A DNA stretch of 34,852 nucleotides, taken from the IMG/VR virus record IMGVR_UViG_3300032373_000068, positions 1-34,852 of that record; one strand, 5' to 3'. The notes under the pieces were generated by a model. The model did no database searches and was not told the DNA's origin. It was given only the letters and a program-made list of their open reading frames with translations. The position numbers and the translations under genes are program-made. Positions 26,924-34,734 of the stretch are shown piece by piece (within the stretch, counting starts at the first letter, position 1; every line of letters starts with the position of its first letter). The stretch comes from a virus. Its lineage: Duplodnaviria; Caudoviricetes.

Positions 26924-27519
26924 TTATCGCTCCCATATAGTTTTGTTTGTTGTTCAAGTTCAGTTTGACCTGCCTGCAGGACATCGGGTAGTGGTTCAGG
27001 TTGTTTCTCCTCCGCTGGTTGTTCCACGTCTGTTTTGCTGATCCCTTTCAGTGCCGCTTTGATGCTGGGTCTGACTTTGCGCTTGTATGCTTCGACGCCC
27101 ATGTCCTGCATTTTCATGGTTTCGTTGTACACGCTGTGCTCGGCCCGGTAGAAGGTTTCTATGTCGTCGCCTCTCCAGTACACGCCGTCCTCATGGCAGC
27201 TGATAATTAATTGCTGGTCTTCGTGACTAAGTTTAATAAAAGCACGATAGGTTTGTATAAGCCTGTCGGTGTATGGGGTGTTCCATCGGGTACCGTTTTT
27301 TGTTCCGACCTGGATGGGGCGCTCTGTTCTGTTAGGTCGTTCCTGCATATCAATCCACCAGCGTGCTGATTTGATTGGTAGGTCTGGCATGTGCTTGCTT
27401 CGATCGCCAAGTCGGGTATTGGTTATTTCAATTTCTAGCGCATCGATGGATTTCATCGGTGGCAGTGTCCCGGTTTGCTTTGGTTTGCTGAGGTTTGGTT
27501 CGTCGTCAAAATTAGGCAT
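26920..27519 (-). CDS. hypothetical protein downstream of the replication initiator
   Basis: Start MPNFDDEPN with GAGGAG SD, overlapping the initiator stop; 199 aa. Confidence 0.7.
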   Translation of the reverse strand: MPNFDDEPNLSKPKQTGTLPPMKSIDALEIEITNTRLGDRSKHMPDLPIKSARWWIDMQERPNRTERPIQVGTKNGTRWNTPYTDRLIQTYRAFIKLSHEDQQLIISCHEDGVYWRGDDIETFYRAEHSVYNETMKMQDMGVEAYKRKVRPSIKAALKGISKTDVEQPAEEKQPEPLPDVLQAGQTELEQQTKLYGSDK

Positions 27520-28258
27520 CGTGGTATTGCTCCTCGGATATTTTTGCAAAGTTGCTTTCGTTGGTCACCCACTCGATGTTGGCTTTGAATTGTTTGTGAC
27601 CTTGTGATGGTGGTGTCTTACCCATCAGAAAGTCTGAAAGTCTGATGTATTTGAAAAAATTACTCCATTTTTTGAGGCTGCCATCGAGGTCACGATGTCT
27701 GGCTCCGATTTGTCCTTTACGCTTCGTTGTGATGACTTCACATCGAGGCAGTTCTGGGAGTAGTTCGTGGTAAAGATCGATAATTTGCTGGTAGGGTATC
27801 GTCGTTCTTTTCGGCTTGTTTTTTACTTGTTCAGGGGTGCTGTTTTCAGCATCCTGATTTTCAGGAATGTTGCATATATGTTTATTATCTTTATGTGGTT
27901 GTGGTTGTGGTTGTGGTCTAGCTTGAGCCTGGGCTTGGCTTTTTTTACCACCTTTTTTCCCTGCTTTTGACAGTTTTTCGTGCAGCTCCAGTGACTTAGC
28001 TAGTTCGCGCTCTATTTTGTCATGATATAAAAATCCATCTTTTCTTTCGAAAAACCTAGCGATTTTCTCTAGGTTTTTCTGGGCTTTTTGTGGAGGTATT
28101 CGGCAAATCTTGGAAATTGCGAATCTGTCATCGGGTATTGGTTTTCCTGTTGAGTAGTATTCAAACATCAATAATAAATATACTCCGTGCTCCTCTGGTT
28201 CGAGCATGGCCGTATCTCTCAGGTAATCGCCTGGGTAGAATGGAAACCATGCTCTCAT
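27512..28258 (-). CDS. phage replication initiator, DUF1376/YdaU-like N-terminus
   Basis: WFPFYPGDYLRDT..L...EHG.YLLL...YY..G..IP (DUF1376); C-terminal Y...LP.LP...R...W..FF..I..SDFLMG..IEWV...NF.KI.E..Y. Confidence 0.85.
   Translation of the reverse strand: MRAWFPFYPGDYLRDTAMLEPEEHGVYLLLMFEYYSTGKPIPDDRFAISKICRIPPQKAQKNLEKIARFFERKDGFLYHDKIERELAKSLELHEKLSKAGKKGGKKSQAQAQARPQPQPQPHKDNKHICNIPENQDAENSTPEQVKNKPKRTTIPYQQIIDLYHELLPELPRCEVITTKRKGQIGARHRDLDGSLKKWSNFFKYIRLSDFLMGKTPPSQGHKQFKANIEWVTNESNFAKISEEQYHDA
27894..27917. repeat. (TGTGGT)x4 tandem repeat in the initiator linker (encodes PQPQPQPH)
   Basis: Four exact hexamers, followed by degenerate GCTTGA/GCCTGG/GCTTGG. Confidence 0.7.
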
Positions 28259-28491
28259 ATTGGTAATCCCCATTGCTTAGCGATCGATTTATACCAGTTC
28301 AAATACTTGTAAAATCGGTCAATACTGAGCTGTGATTCACACACTCGATTCAGCTCATCTGGGCATATTGGTAGGCGTCCATATTTTCTGTGATGTGACT
28401 CCATAACGACAATAAATCCAAGCCGTCTTAGTCCATATTTTTCATTAATGTGCCCAGCTATTGATTGTGTCTTATTAGGTTCAGTTGTCAT
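28255..28491 (-). CDS. hypothetical protein
   Basis: Start MTTEPNK (GAGAG SD); ATGA overlap with the initiator. Confidence 0.6.
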   Translation of the reverse strand: MTTEPNKTQSIAGHINEKYGLRRLGFIVVMESHHRKYGRLPICPDELNRVCESQLSIDRFYKYLNWYKSIAKQWGLPI

Positions 28492-28525
28492 ATTGAACTC
28501 TCTAGATAGTGCTCTCGTTAAAGGG

Positions 28526-28584
28526 TGCAAGCAGCGTCGAGAGGTAACGTTCTCCGTTGGGGATCAGTCCAACATAAGCCTGCA
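28526..28584 (-). ncRNA. candidate structured 5' leader RNA (three-way junction)
   Basis: UGCAGGC/GCUUGCA closing stem enclosing GUUGG-ACUGAUCC-CCAAC and GAGA-ACGUUACC-UCUC; begins at the predicted transcription start. Confidence 0.45.
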
Positions 28585-28590
28585 AAATCA

Positions 28591-28619
28591 ATATTAGTCC
28601 CGTTTCTGTCGTTTGTCCA
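28591..28619 (-). promoter_or_regulatory. sigma70-type leftward promoter for the replication operon
   Basis: TGGACA (28619-28614) - 17 nt - TAATAT (28596-28591). Confidence 0.6.
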
Positions 28620-28648
28620 TTGCTTTTGTCCCATTCATGGGATATTAT
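28620..28648 (+). promoter_or_regulatory. sigma70-type rightward promoter with a palindromic operator in its spacer
   Basis: TTGCTT (28620-28625) - 17 nt - TATTAT (28643-28648); TGTCCCA-TTCA-TGGGATA at 28627-28644. Confidence 0.6.
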
Positions 28649-28711
28649 TCGCCATGGAAACGTGAGACATTGACCTGGCAGGGAGCCTGGGTCCTTTTTA
28701 TGGGATTACTT

Positions 28712-29239
28712 ATGACTGATACGTGTGATTTCCTGGTGTTCGACGCACCGCTACCTCCTTCATTAAATGCTTGTAATATCACGGTCAAGATGGGAAAACG
28801 CTCAAGCATCGGCAAATCGCCACAGTTCAAAAAATATAAAAAAATGTTTACCGAACAGTTCTGGCTGACAGCGAGGTCCAAGGGCGCGATGTGCTTTGAT
28901 GGGCCGCTGATGTTCTGGACCGTGGTTTTCCCGGCTCGTAAGGGCTGTGACGTGGATAATTATAATAAATGCATTCAGGACTGTTTACAGGCCGCTGATG
29001 CTTTTGTTGATGACAATCAAATAAATAGCAATAGGCAGGAGCGCGGGCCTCGTATTAGTGGAGGCATGATTCGGTGCTATTTGGCATCAGAAAAATATAG
29101 GGATGAGCTGTATGAGCTATATGAGAAGGAATTAAGGGAGATGTGGCTGCCTCAGCGTGATAATAAAAAAATACTGAAGCAGCCAGATCGGTTGACTATT
29201 CGTCGAGTTCGAGAGGTGTGTTCACCGCCTCCGTTTTGA
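28712..29239 (+). CDS. rusA: RusA-family Holliday junction resolvase
   Basis: P.PPSLN, catalytic DVDNYNKCIQDCL and DDNQI motifs; start at 28700 or 28712. Confidence 0.85.
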   Translation: MTDTCDFLVFDAPLPPSLNACNITVKMGKRSSIGKSPQFKKYKKMFTEQFWLTARSKGAMCFDGPLMFWTVVFPARKGCDVDNYNKCIQDCLQAADAFVDDNQINSNRQERGPRISGGMIRCYLASEKYRDELYELYEKELREMWLPQRDNKKILKQPDRLTIRRVREVCSPPPF

Positions 29240-29672
29240 TCTGTATCAACTCTCCCAAATATTTGTCGATCATCTCGCCGATGGTCTTGCCTTTTATCTC
29301 GCATCGGATCCGCATTTTCACCTTAGCCATATCGGCATTCATCGGTGTGAATTTAATTTTATCAATGGTGACGTCGTCCAGGTCAATCATGGGTAGCTCG
29401 TCGTCAAAGCCTGATAAGCCGATTTTTGCTTTGTGCTCATCGTAGACGATAGTGATGGTTTGCTCGCCCAGTTGCGGATATTTCGGATTACCGTCTTTTG
29501 TCCAAAATGCTTTGCTCAGGGCGTTACCATCTAGCATCGCCTGGTCCAGTAAGTCTGCTTTAATAATGCCTTCGACGGTCAAATCCACAGCGGTGACGCG
29601 GTCGTCGCCATGGTGCTCAATTCTATTGTTGATGTTTTTTAGGGTCATATCATTGTCTAGTTGTAGATCCAC
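29196..29672 (-). CDS. conserved hypothetical phage protein
   Basis: 158 aa; N.R.EHHGDD.V.AVDL motif; follows the Cro-like gene. Confidence 0.75.
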   Translation of the reverse strand: MDLQLDNDMTLKNINNRIEHHGDDRVTAVDLTVEGIIKADLLDQAMLDGNALSKAFWTKDGNPKYPQLGEQTITIVYDEHKAKIGLSGFDDELPMIDLDDVTIDKIKFTPMNADMAKVKMRIRCEIKGKTIGEMIDKYLGELIQIKTEAVNTPLELDE

Positions 29673-29675
29673 GGC

Positions 29676-29915
29676 TTAAGCCTCCTTAGTGGTTACTGCA
29701 CGGTGTAGTTCGATCAGGGCCATTCCCATATCAAACTTCGGGTTTGCATTGGGATCTGTTGCCAGGCGCCCAATAGTGGTTTTGCTGCAGGGCGTAACGC
29801 CTTCCAGCTCAAGATAAGCAGCTATGTCACGATAGGTCCAAATTTGCTGGTCCTTGTCGTTATATTCAGATGTACTGATTTGCTTAATCAGGTTGTTCCA
29901 GTTTACTTTCTTCAC
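29676..29915 (-). CDS. Cro-like helix-turn-helix regulator
   Basis: NW..LI..I...WTY.DIA......CSKTTIGRLA....NPKFDMG.ALIELH; AGGAGG SD; first gene left of the divergence point. Confidence 0.75.
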   Translation of the reverse strand: MKKVNWNNLIKQISTSEYNDKDQQIWTYRDIAAYLELEGVTPCSKTTIGRLATDPNANPKFDMGMALIELHRAVTTKEA

Positions 29916-29953
29916 GGGTTATATACCTCCTGAGACACATACTGCCTGCCTGT

Positions 29954-30026
29954 TGTCCCGATTACCAGAAGTTTATCCCGTTTTCGGGAATATAATGCTT
30001 GACCTCTGTCCCGATTACGGTATTAT
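29954..30026. promoter_or_regulatory. divergent control region: three operator-like sites and a rightward promoter
   Basis: TGTCCCG-ATTA-CCAGAAG (29954), TATCCCG-TTTT-CGGGAAT (29974), TGTCCCG-ATTA-CGGTATT (30007); TTGACC (29999-30004) - 16 nt - TATTAT (30021-30026). Confidence 0.65.
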
Positions 30027-30058
30027 TGCTACATCAATCAATTAGCGAGGGTTTAAAA

Positions 30059-30226
30059 ATGACTTTTCCTATCAAACAAACTAACCGTATACGTGCTGCC
30101 ATCAATCTTGCAAAGTATGCACGTTGTGACTGGCTGTCTGGTCACTGTGATCGCTCCATGTATCTGCATCATCTGCGTGTCGCTCATCATCTGTGCTTTA
30201 GCTCTCGCTTCCTGGTAATCAGCTAA
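30059..30226 (+). CDS. small hypothetical early protein
   Basis: ATG at 30059 after GAGG SD; MTFPIKQTNRIRAAINLAK..; 55 aa. Confidence 0.6.
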   Translation: MTFPIKQTNRIRAAINLAKYARCDWLSGHCDRSMYLHHLRVAHHLCFSSRFLVIS

Positions 30227-30489
30227 TGCCTGAATATCTACGCATCAAAAACGTGGGCCAAATCTGCCGCGTAGTCGGTCGTAATGCTCACGGTGGCGTG
30301 ATCCTTAAAAATCCTAATTCTGGCAGGAACGAGTTGTTTCATCCGTCTGCCGTTGAATCTGTCCAGCATGGGCAGTATCTGCATTGCTGGATGTGTCGTG
30401 CGCCGTTATTGATATCGGTAGCTCATCCACATGCCCACCCTGTGTGCTCTGATTATTGTTTGTCAGAGCTGCAGGAACATTATAAATAA
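30226..30489 (+). CDS. hypothetical protein with C-terminal Cys4 zinc-finger-like motif
   Basis: CWMC...VCSDYC; TAATG coupling. Confidence 0.65.
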   Translation: MPEYLRIKNVGQICRVVGRNAHGGVILKNPNSGRNELFHPSAVESVQHGQYLHCWMCRAPLLISVAHPHAHPVCSDYCLSELQEHYK

Positions 30490-30504
30490 CCTGCGAGGTA
30501 TAAC

Positions 30505-30708
30505 ATGTCACAACATAAAATCGCGCTATCAATCGATCATCAGGAATATCCGACCCTTGGTTCGGCCACCCTGCATATTACGGTTGATGCGCCTATTGAG
30601 TTTGTTCGTGAGCTTAAAAACAAGATGCGCCCTGCGCTCGAATATGCATCTGAAACGGCTTATTTAGAAAACCCTATTTCGATGGAGGCTGGAAATGAAA
30701 AAGATTAA
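30505..30708 (+). CDS. hypothetical protein
   Basis: GAGGT SD; 67 aa. Confidence 0.65.
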   Translation: MSQHKIALSIDHQEYPTLGSATLHITVDAPIEFVRELKNKMRPALEYASETAYLENPISMEAGNEKD

Positions 30709-30952
30709 GGTTTTTGTATTTCAAAACGGCTTAAACCGTGTGTATTTACCCTATGCGGCAAATGCTGACAGTCTGCTTGATGTCACTATTAAACTGGTGA
30801 AGGCGTTTAATCCACACAAGCAGCTTAAGCGCCTGCAGGTTTCCAATAAAAAAACCTCGTATGAGATCACCGTCGATTCTGCTTGCAATGACGGGTTTGT
30901 TTTCGACGGCATCAAGTATGTTTATGGTGAAGTTTACCGGAGGGTGTCATGA
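30695..30952 (+). CDS. hypothetical protein
   Basis: GGAGG SD; 85 aa. Confidence 0.65.
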   Translation: MKKIKVFVFQNGLNRVYLPYAANADSLLDVTIKLVKAFNPHKQLKRLQVSNKKTSYEITVDSACNDGFVFDGIKYVYGEVYRRVS

Positions 30953-31257
30953 GTTTCGAAGACAGAGTGAAGCATGTATCTAATTATGTGTTTTTGGGTT
31001 CAAAAATACCTGATCACATGGTTCACGGCTTGGCTGGCTACTTAGAGGACGGCATCCGGCCTGGTCATTTTTTATCATATGTTATTGATGGAAATTTAAG
31101 AGGCGCCATCATGAATGCCGATAGTAAAAACATGATGCTTTTGCATGTTTATGCCTCGTATCTATACCACCATGCGCCGGTTATATCGTGGGGATATGAT
31201 GGGGCGTGCGACAGATGGGTATCACACATAAAAGAGGGGAAAGCAAATGTCCATTAA
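30949..31257 (+). CDS. conserved hypothetical phage protein
   Basis: IP.HM..GL..Y...G..PG.FL..V....L..A...AD..N motif; ATGA coupling. Confidence 0.7.
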   Translation: MSFEDRVKHVSNYVFLGSKIPDHMVHGLAGYLEDGIRPGHFLSYVIDGNLRGAIMNADSKNMMLLHVYASYLYHHAPVISWGYDGACDRWVSHIKEGKANVH

Positions 31258-32074
31258 AGATTTAAACGGCCGCGAGCCGGTAGGCGCTGTCGTATCGATA
31301 GGCGTCAAGGATAAGCAGCGCGGATTCCCAACAGAGACAGATCGCTGGCATATCGTTAACCCACGAGAAGAGAGCGGCGTTCGTCACTTGCATCCTGGGT
31401 TTTCAGCATTCAATTCGGCCGCAGTGGATAAGCGTAAAATATTACGCGGGAATTTAGTGCACAGCGCGAGAGATGAGTGTTTTAAGCACCATCTTAAAGC
31501 GCAGGTATTGCGTGGAGCGCATCCTGATAAACGCCCGGCTTGTGTTGGTGACGGCGTTCATGCGACGCGCTGGGAAGGTCCCGGCCCTGATGATTTCATG
31601 GAAATAAAATGCCCACATGAGCGATGCGAGTACCGTCAGGGCACGCCACCAAAATGCAAACCATGGGCACAGTTTCTCTTTCGTCTGCGCTGGCAGGACG
31701 GGGTTGCGCTGCCGACGCCGCTGGTTAAGTTTACGACGGGCTCATGGAATACGGTAGGCAATATACTTGGCTTTTTTGAGTACATCGACCAGACGGCCAG
31801 GCAGCTCGGTATGACGTCCTATTCGCTGTTCGGGTTCCCGTTTGTGTTGACTCTGCAATATCAAACCAAGCCTTCAGCTAAGTCAAAATTCCCTGTAGTG
31901 CATATTTCGCCAGAAGAGGACCCGGTTGCTTTCTTTATGCGTCAACGTGGTGATATTGCGTTGATTAATTCACAGACTCCCGCGATCAGTCTGCCGGATA
32001 TGGCCGGTGATGTGGACTTGGAGTATGAGGACGTGAAGTCGATCTCTGTGCCAGCCACTGGGGGTGATTCGTGA
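31247..32074 (+). CDS. Gp3-like (recombination directionality factor-like) protein
   Basis: IG.K..G.P...D, C.GDG..A, C....C......CKP, F.T.SWNT..NI.G motifs; adjacent to an exonuclease. Confidence 0.65.
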   Translation: MSIKDLNGREPVGAVVSIGVKDKQRGFPTETDRWHIVNPREESGVRHLHPGFSAFNSAAVDKRKILRGNLVHSARDECFKHHLKAQVLRGAHPDKRPACVGDGVHATRWEGPGPDDFMEIKCPHERCEYRQGTPPKCKPWAQFLFRLRWQDGVALPTPLVKFTTGSWNTVGNILGFFEYIDQTARQLGMTSYSLFGFPFVLTLQYQTKPSAKSKFPVVHISPEEDPVAFFMRQRGDIALINSQTPAISLPDMAGDVDLEYEDVKSISVPATGGDS

Positions 32075-33231
32075 ATAAATACAGCTCTACTATTTTAAAA
32101 ATGTTTAATTCAAATTGTCCGGCTGCCCTTGGGCATTATGAAAACCAAACGCCGGCTGATAATGATTTTTTTAACACAGGTATTGCGGCGCATGCTGTGC
32201 TCCAGGTAATTGGTGAAAAAGAGGCCCGAACTGAAGCAGCGCAGCTCAAGGTCGCGCATGCCGTGGTTGATGAGCTCATTACTAAGGGTCGCTCGTATAA
32301 TGGTCGCCACGAGCCTCCTATGGCTCCCAGTCACGCTCAGGAAGGCAGGGACATCGCTCTTGAATGGCTTCAATGGAACGAGCTACCTGATCATGCTTGT
32401 TATGAGATAGGCCTTGGTATGTCGGCCGCTGGTGTGCCGTGTGAGTATGATGCAGAAAATTGTCGTTTTCGCGCTATTACTGATCTTATTTATTTTGAGA
32501 CGGTGGGAGACGAGGATTTTAATGTTGACGCTGTTTGCGTGCGTGATTACAAGTCAGCCTGGCCGACCAATGAATCCGAGCTGGATACCTTGCAGCGCAA
32601 GGGTCAGGCTGTTATGGCGCACCTTCATTATCCAGACTATGCAGCGATTAAGCTTGAAGTAACTAATTTGCGGACAGGCCAGTCATTTGAAAAGGTGATC
32701 ATGATGGATGATGCTGGGCGCGAGCTTATAAAACTGTGGGAGCGAGATATTCTACAGGCTTGCAAAGCTGCAGACGCGACCCGAGAATCTCGTCCAGGTG
32801 CTGGCTGCTTGTCTTGTCTGTATACATTGTCCTGTGATGACTGTATGTCCTGCGCGAATGGTAATGGGGGCGATCTGGCTACTCAGCTGGCTGCGCTTGA
32901 AGCGGTTCGTGCGGACTTGATTAAAACGCTTAAGCCGAAAGCGGTCGACAATAAGTTCCCGGTTGAGCAGGGCTATGTTGGGTATCGAACGCAGACCAAA
33001 AAAATAACCACGCCAGACGCGCCTCAGCTGTTAATGGATAACTGGTTTGCTGACGATGCCGATCATGCCGAAACACGGTCCTTGCTTAAGGCGATGAAGT
33101 TCCCGGCGTCCGCAGTCGAGAATGCTGCAAAGCTCATGTATCCAGATAAAAATGACGCGGCGCGTGAGGACTTGCTGGATGCGGCAATTACCACCAAGGC
33201 CGAGTCTCGTTTTGGAGTATTTAAAATATGA
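32071..33231 (+). CDS. PD-(D/E)XK exonuclease, Cas4/RecB-like with probable Fe-S cysteines
   Basis: YS.T......CP, G...H, E, RAITDL, VRDYKS, Q motif, then PGAGCLSCLYTLSC. Confidence 0.8.
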   Translation: MNKYSSTILKMFNSNCPAALGHYENQTPADNDFFNTGIAAHAVLQVIGEKEARTEAAQLKVAHAVVDELITKGRSYNGRHEPPMAPSHAQEGRDIALEWLQWNELPDHACYEIGLGMSAAGVPCEYDAENCRFRAITDLIYFETVGDEDFNVDAVCVRDYKSAWPTNESELDTLQRKGQAVMAHLHYPDYAAIKLEVTNLRTGQSFEKVIMMDDAGRELIKLWERDILQACKAADATRESRPGAGCLSCLYTLSCDDCMSCANGNGGDLATQLAALEAVRADLIKTLKPKAVDNKFPVEQGYVGYRTQTKKITTPDAPQLLMDNWFADDADHAETRSLLKAMKFPASAVENAAKLMYPDKNDAAREDLLDAAITTKAESRFGVFKI

Positions 33232-33590
33232 AAAACTCATTTAAAAAAGGCAAGGGTTGGGACGGTGCTGGAAAATCTCAGCCGATGACAATCACTTATA
33301 ACGGCGAAGAGAAAACCTTGGATCAGTGGGCCATGCTTCTCGATATTGCGCCTGGCTCGTTGCGTGATCGTGTTTCAAAGGCCTCAAACGGCGTTATAGA
33401 GTGGGACGAGGCGATGATGGATGGCCCGGCGCGAGTTGCTTACGGCAATTTAAAACGCGCTAAAAATCTAGCTGAAGCGGCCGATAAAGCAAAAAAAACC
33501 CGATCAAAAAATCGACGCAAAAAAGCTGAAGCCCAGAAAAAAGCAGAAGACGCCATGAGGATGTTTGCAAATGCCCCTATCCCAAGATGA
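33228..33590 (+). CDS. basic HTH DNA-binding protein
   Basis: ITYNGEEKTLDQWA..L.I....L..R....W resembles the DNA-binding tail of phage HNH endonucleases; no nuclease motif; Lys-rich C-terminus. Confidence 0.6.
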   Translation: MKNSFKKGKGWDGAGKSQPMTITYNGEEKTLDQWAMLLDIAPGSLRDRVSKASNGVIEWDEAMMDGPARVAYGNLKRAKNLAEAADKAKKTRSKNRRKKAEAQKKAEDAMRMFANAPIPR

Positions 33591-33900
33591 TCAACAAGCA
33601 GCAGGCCATTTGATTGAGCTGGCTTTAGTTAATTTCGGCACCATGTCTAGAGACGCGAGCCATAATAAATTTTGCTGGTTCCTGGATAGAGCGATTAGCT
33701 TTAGCCGAAAAAGAGACACCAAGCCCTCGCAGGTGATTGAGCCGGACGCCCATGCCGGTGGTGAATAGTTGGGAAGTCGTCGGTCCTGTTCCAAGGATGC
33801 CGGCGCAAGAGATTAACTGTACCCTACTCCCTTACATAGCTGCTATTGGCGCTATAGGGATAACGGGTTTACTTTCAATGATTATTTATGAGGTGTGGAT

Positions 33901-34092
33901 GTGAGTAAGTTTATAAATAAGGGCGCAGTTGTTAGTAATAAAAATGCAATTACTTATGGTAGACCCTGCGTTATAGAGTCATATGACAATAACACCAGAA
34001 AATATGAAGTCAGTTTTGATAATCAGTGGTGTGGGCATTATTACCTCAACGAGCTAACTATTGATGAACCAAAGGACAAACCCAATGAATAA
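33901..34092 (+). CDS. hypothetical protein
   Basis: GAGGTG SD, GTG start (33895 or 33901). Confidence 0.6.
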   Translation: MSKFINKGAVVSNKNAITYGRPCVIESYDNNTRKYEVSFDNQWCGHYYLNELTIDEPKDKPNE

Positions 34093-34489
34093 CATGACAG
34101 ACAGTAAAGATATGCCAGAGGTTTTATATGTTGAATCTTATGTTCCTGATTACAATATACCTAGAAAGTTTATTGCTGAAGAATATGAGACTAAAGGTAG
34201 TAAGAAATACCTCTTAGCTGAAACCAGCATAAGTCTTAACGATATACCAGAAGGCTGTACTCCTGCTGATGCAAAGATGTTGCGTAAGGCTAACCATGAC
34301 CTTGTTGTTGAGCATGAAGCCGAACTCAAACAAAAGCAGATTGAGTTACTGGATGATGTTGTTGATATGTTGAATAAAGAATCACGCGACCCTAATGCAG
34401 ATGGAGTATATCGCTGGTGGGTTCCTTTATATGTCGCTGTAGATGAAATAGTTTTATTAAAACAGCGTATAAGCCAAGAGGGTGAATAG
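34085..34489 (+). CDS. hypothetical protein
   Basis: Contains PEGCTPADAKMLRKANH.L; start uncertain (34061-34094). Confidence 0.65.
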   Translation: MNNMTDSKDMPEVLYVESYVPDYNIPRKFIAEEYETKGSKKYLLAETSISLNDIPEGCTPADAKMLRKANHDLVVEHEAELKQKQIELLDDVVDMLNKESRDPNADGVYRWWVPLYVAVDEIVLLKQRISQEGE

Positions 34490-34491
34490 CG

Positions 34492-34734
34492 ATGAGTGAA
34501 GCTTATGAGAAGGCATTAGCAAGAGCAAATATTGCTGGTATCAATGAAAAACTAGGAGAGTTACTTTCAGCAGACAAAGAGGCTTTGATCCAGGAGATTG
34601 AGAAATTCATTCATGAAAGCGAATTAGCTGCTATGTATTGGAGTGATGCACAGTCAGGGTTTCAAAGTGAGGAATTAATGGCCTTTAGAGAATCTATTGA
34701 AAAATTCGCTAATATTATTAGGGGCGTGAAGTGA
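34492..34734 (+). CDS. hypothetical protein
   Basis: GAGGGTG SD; 80 aa helical. Confidence 0.6.
   Translation: MSEAYEKALARANIAGINEKLGELLSADKEALIQEIEKFIHESELAAMYWSDAQSGFQSEELMAFRESIEKFANIIRGVK

Noticed and set aside
460-28000. Numerous plus-strand ORFs of 60-160 aa in the ORF track (e.g. 8381-8908, 19134-19613, 22008-22421)
   Set aside because: They are antisense shadows of well-supported minus-strand genes, with no SD sequences or recognisable motifs.
32071-33231. CRISPR-Cas system suggested by the Cas4-like nuclease
   Set aside because: No repeat-spacer array or other cas genes seen; stand-alone Cas4-like nucleases are common in phages.
33228-33590. HNH homing endonuclease
   Set aside because: Only the DNA-binding-like segment is present; there is no HNH catalytic motif.
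33565-33768. 67-aa ORF as a real gene
   Set aside because: TTG start inside the upstream gene, no clear SD, and the region looks more like structured RNA; not fully excluded.
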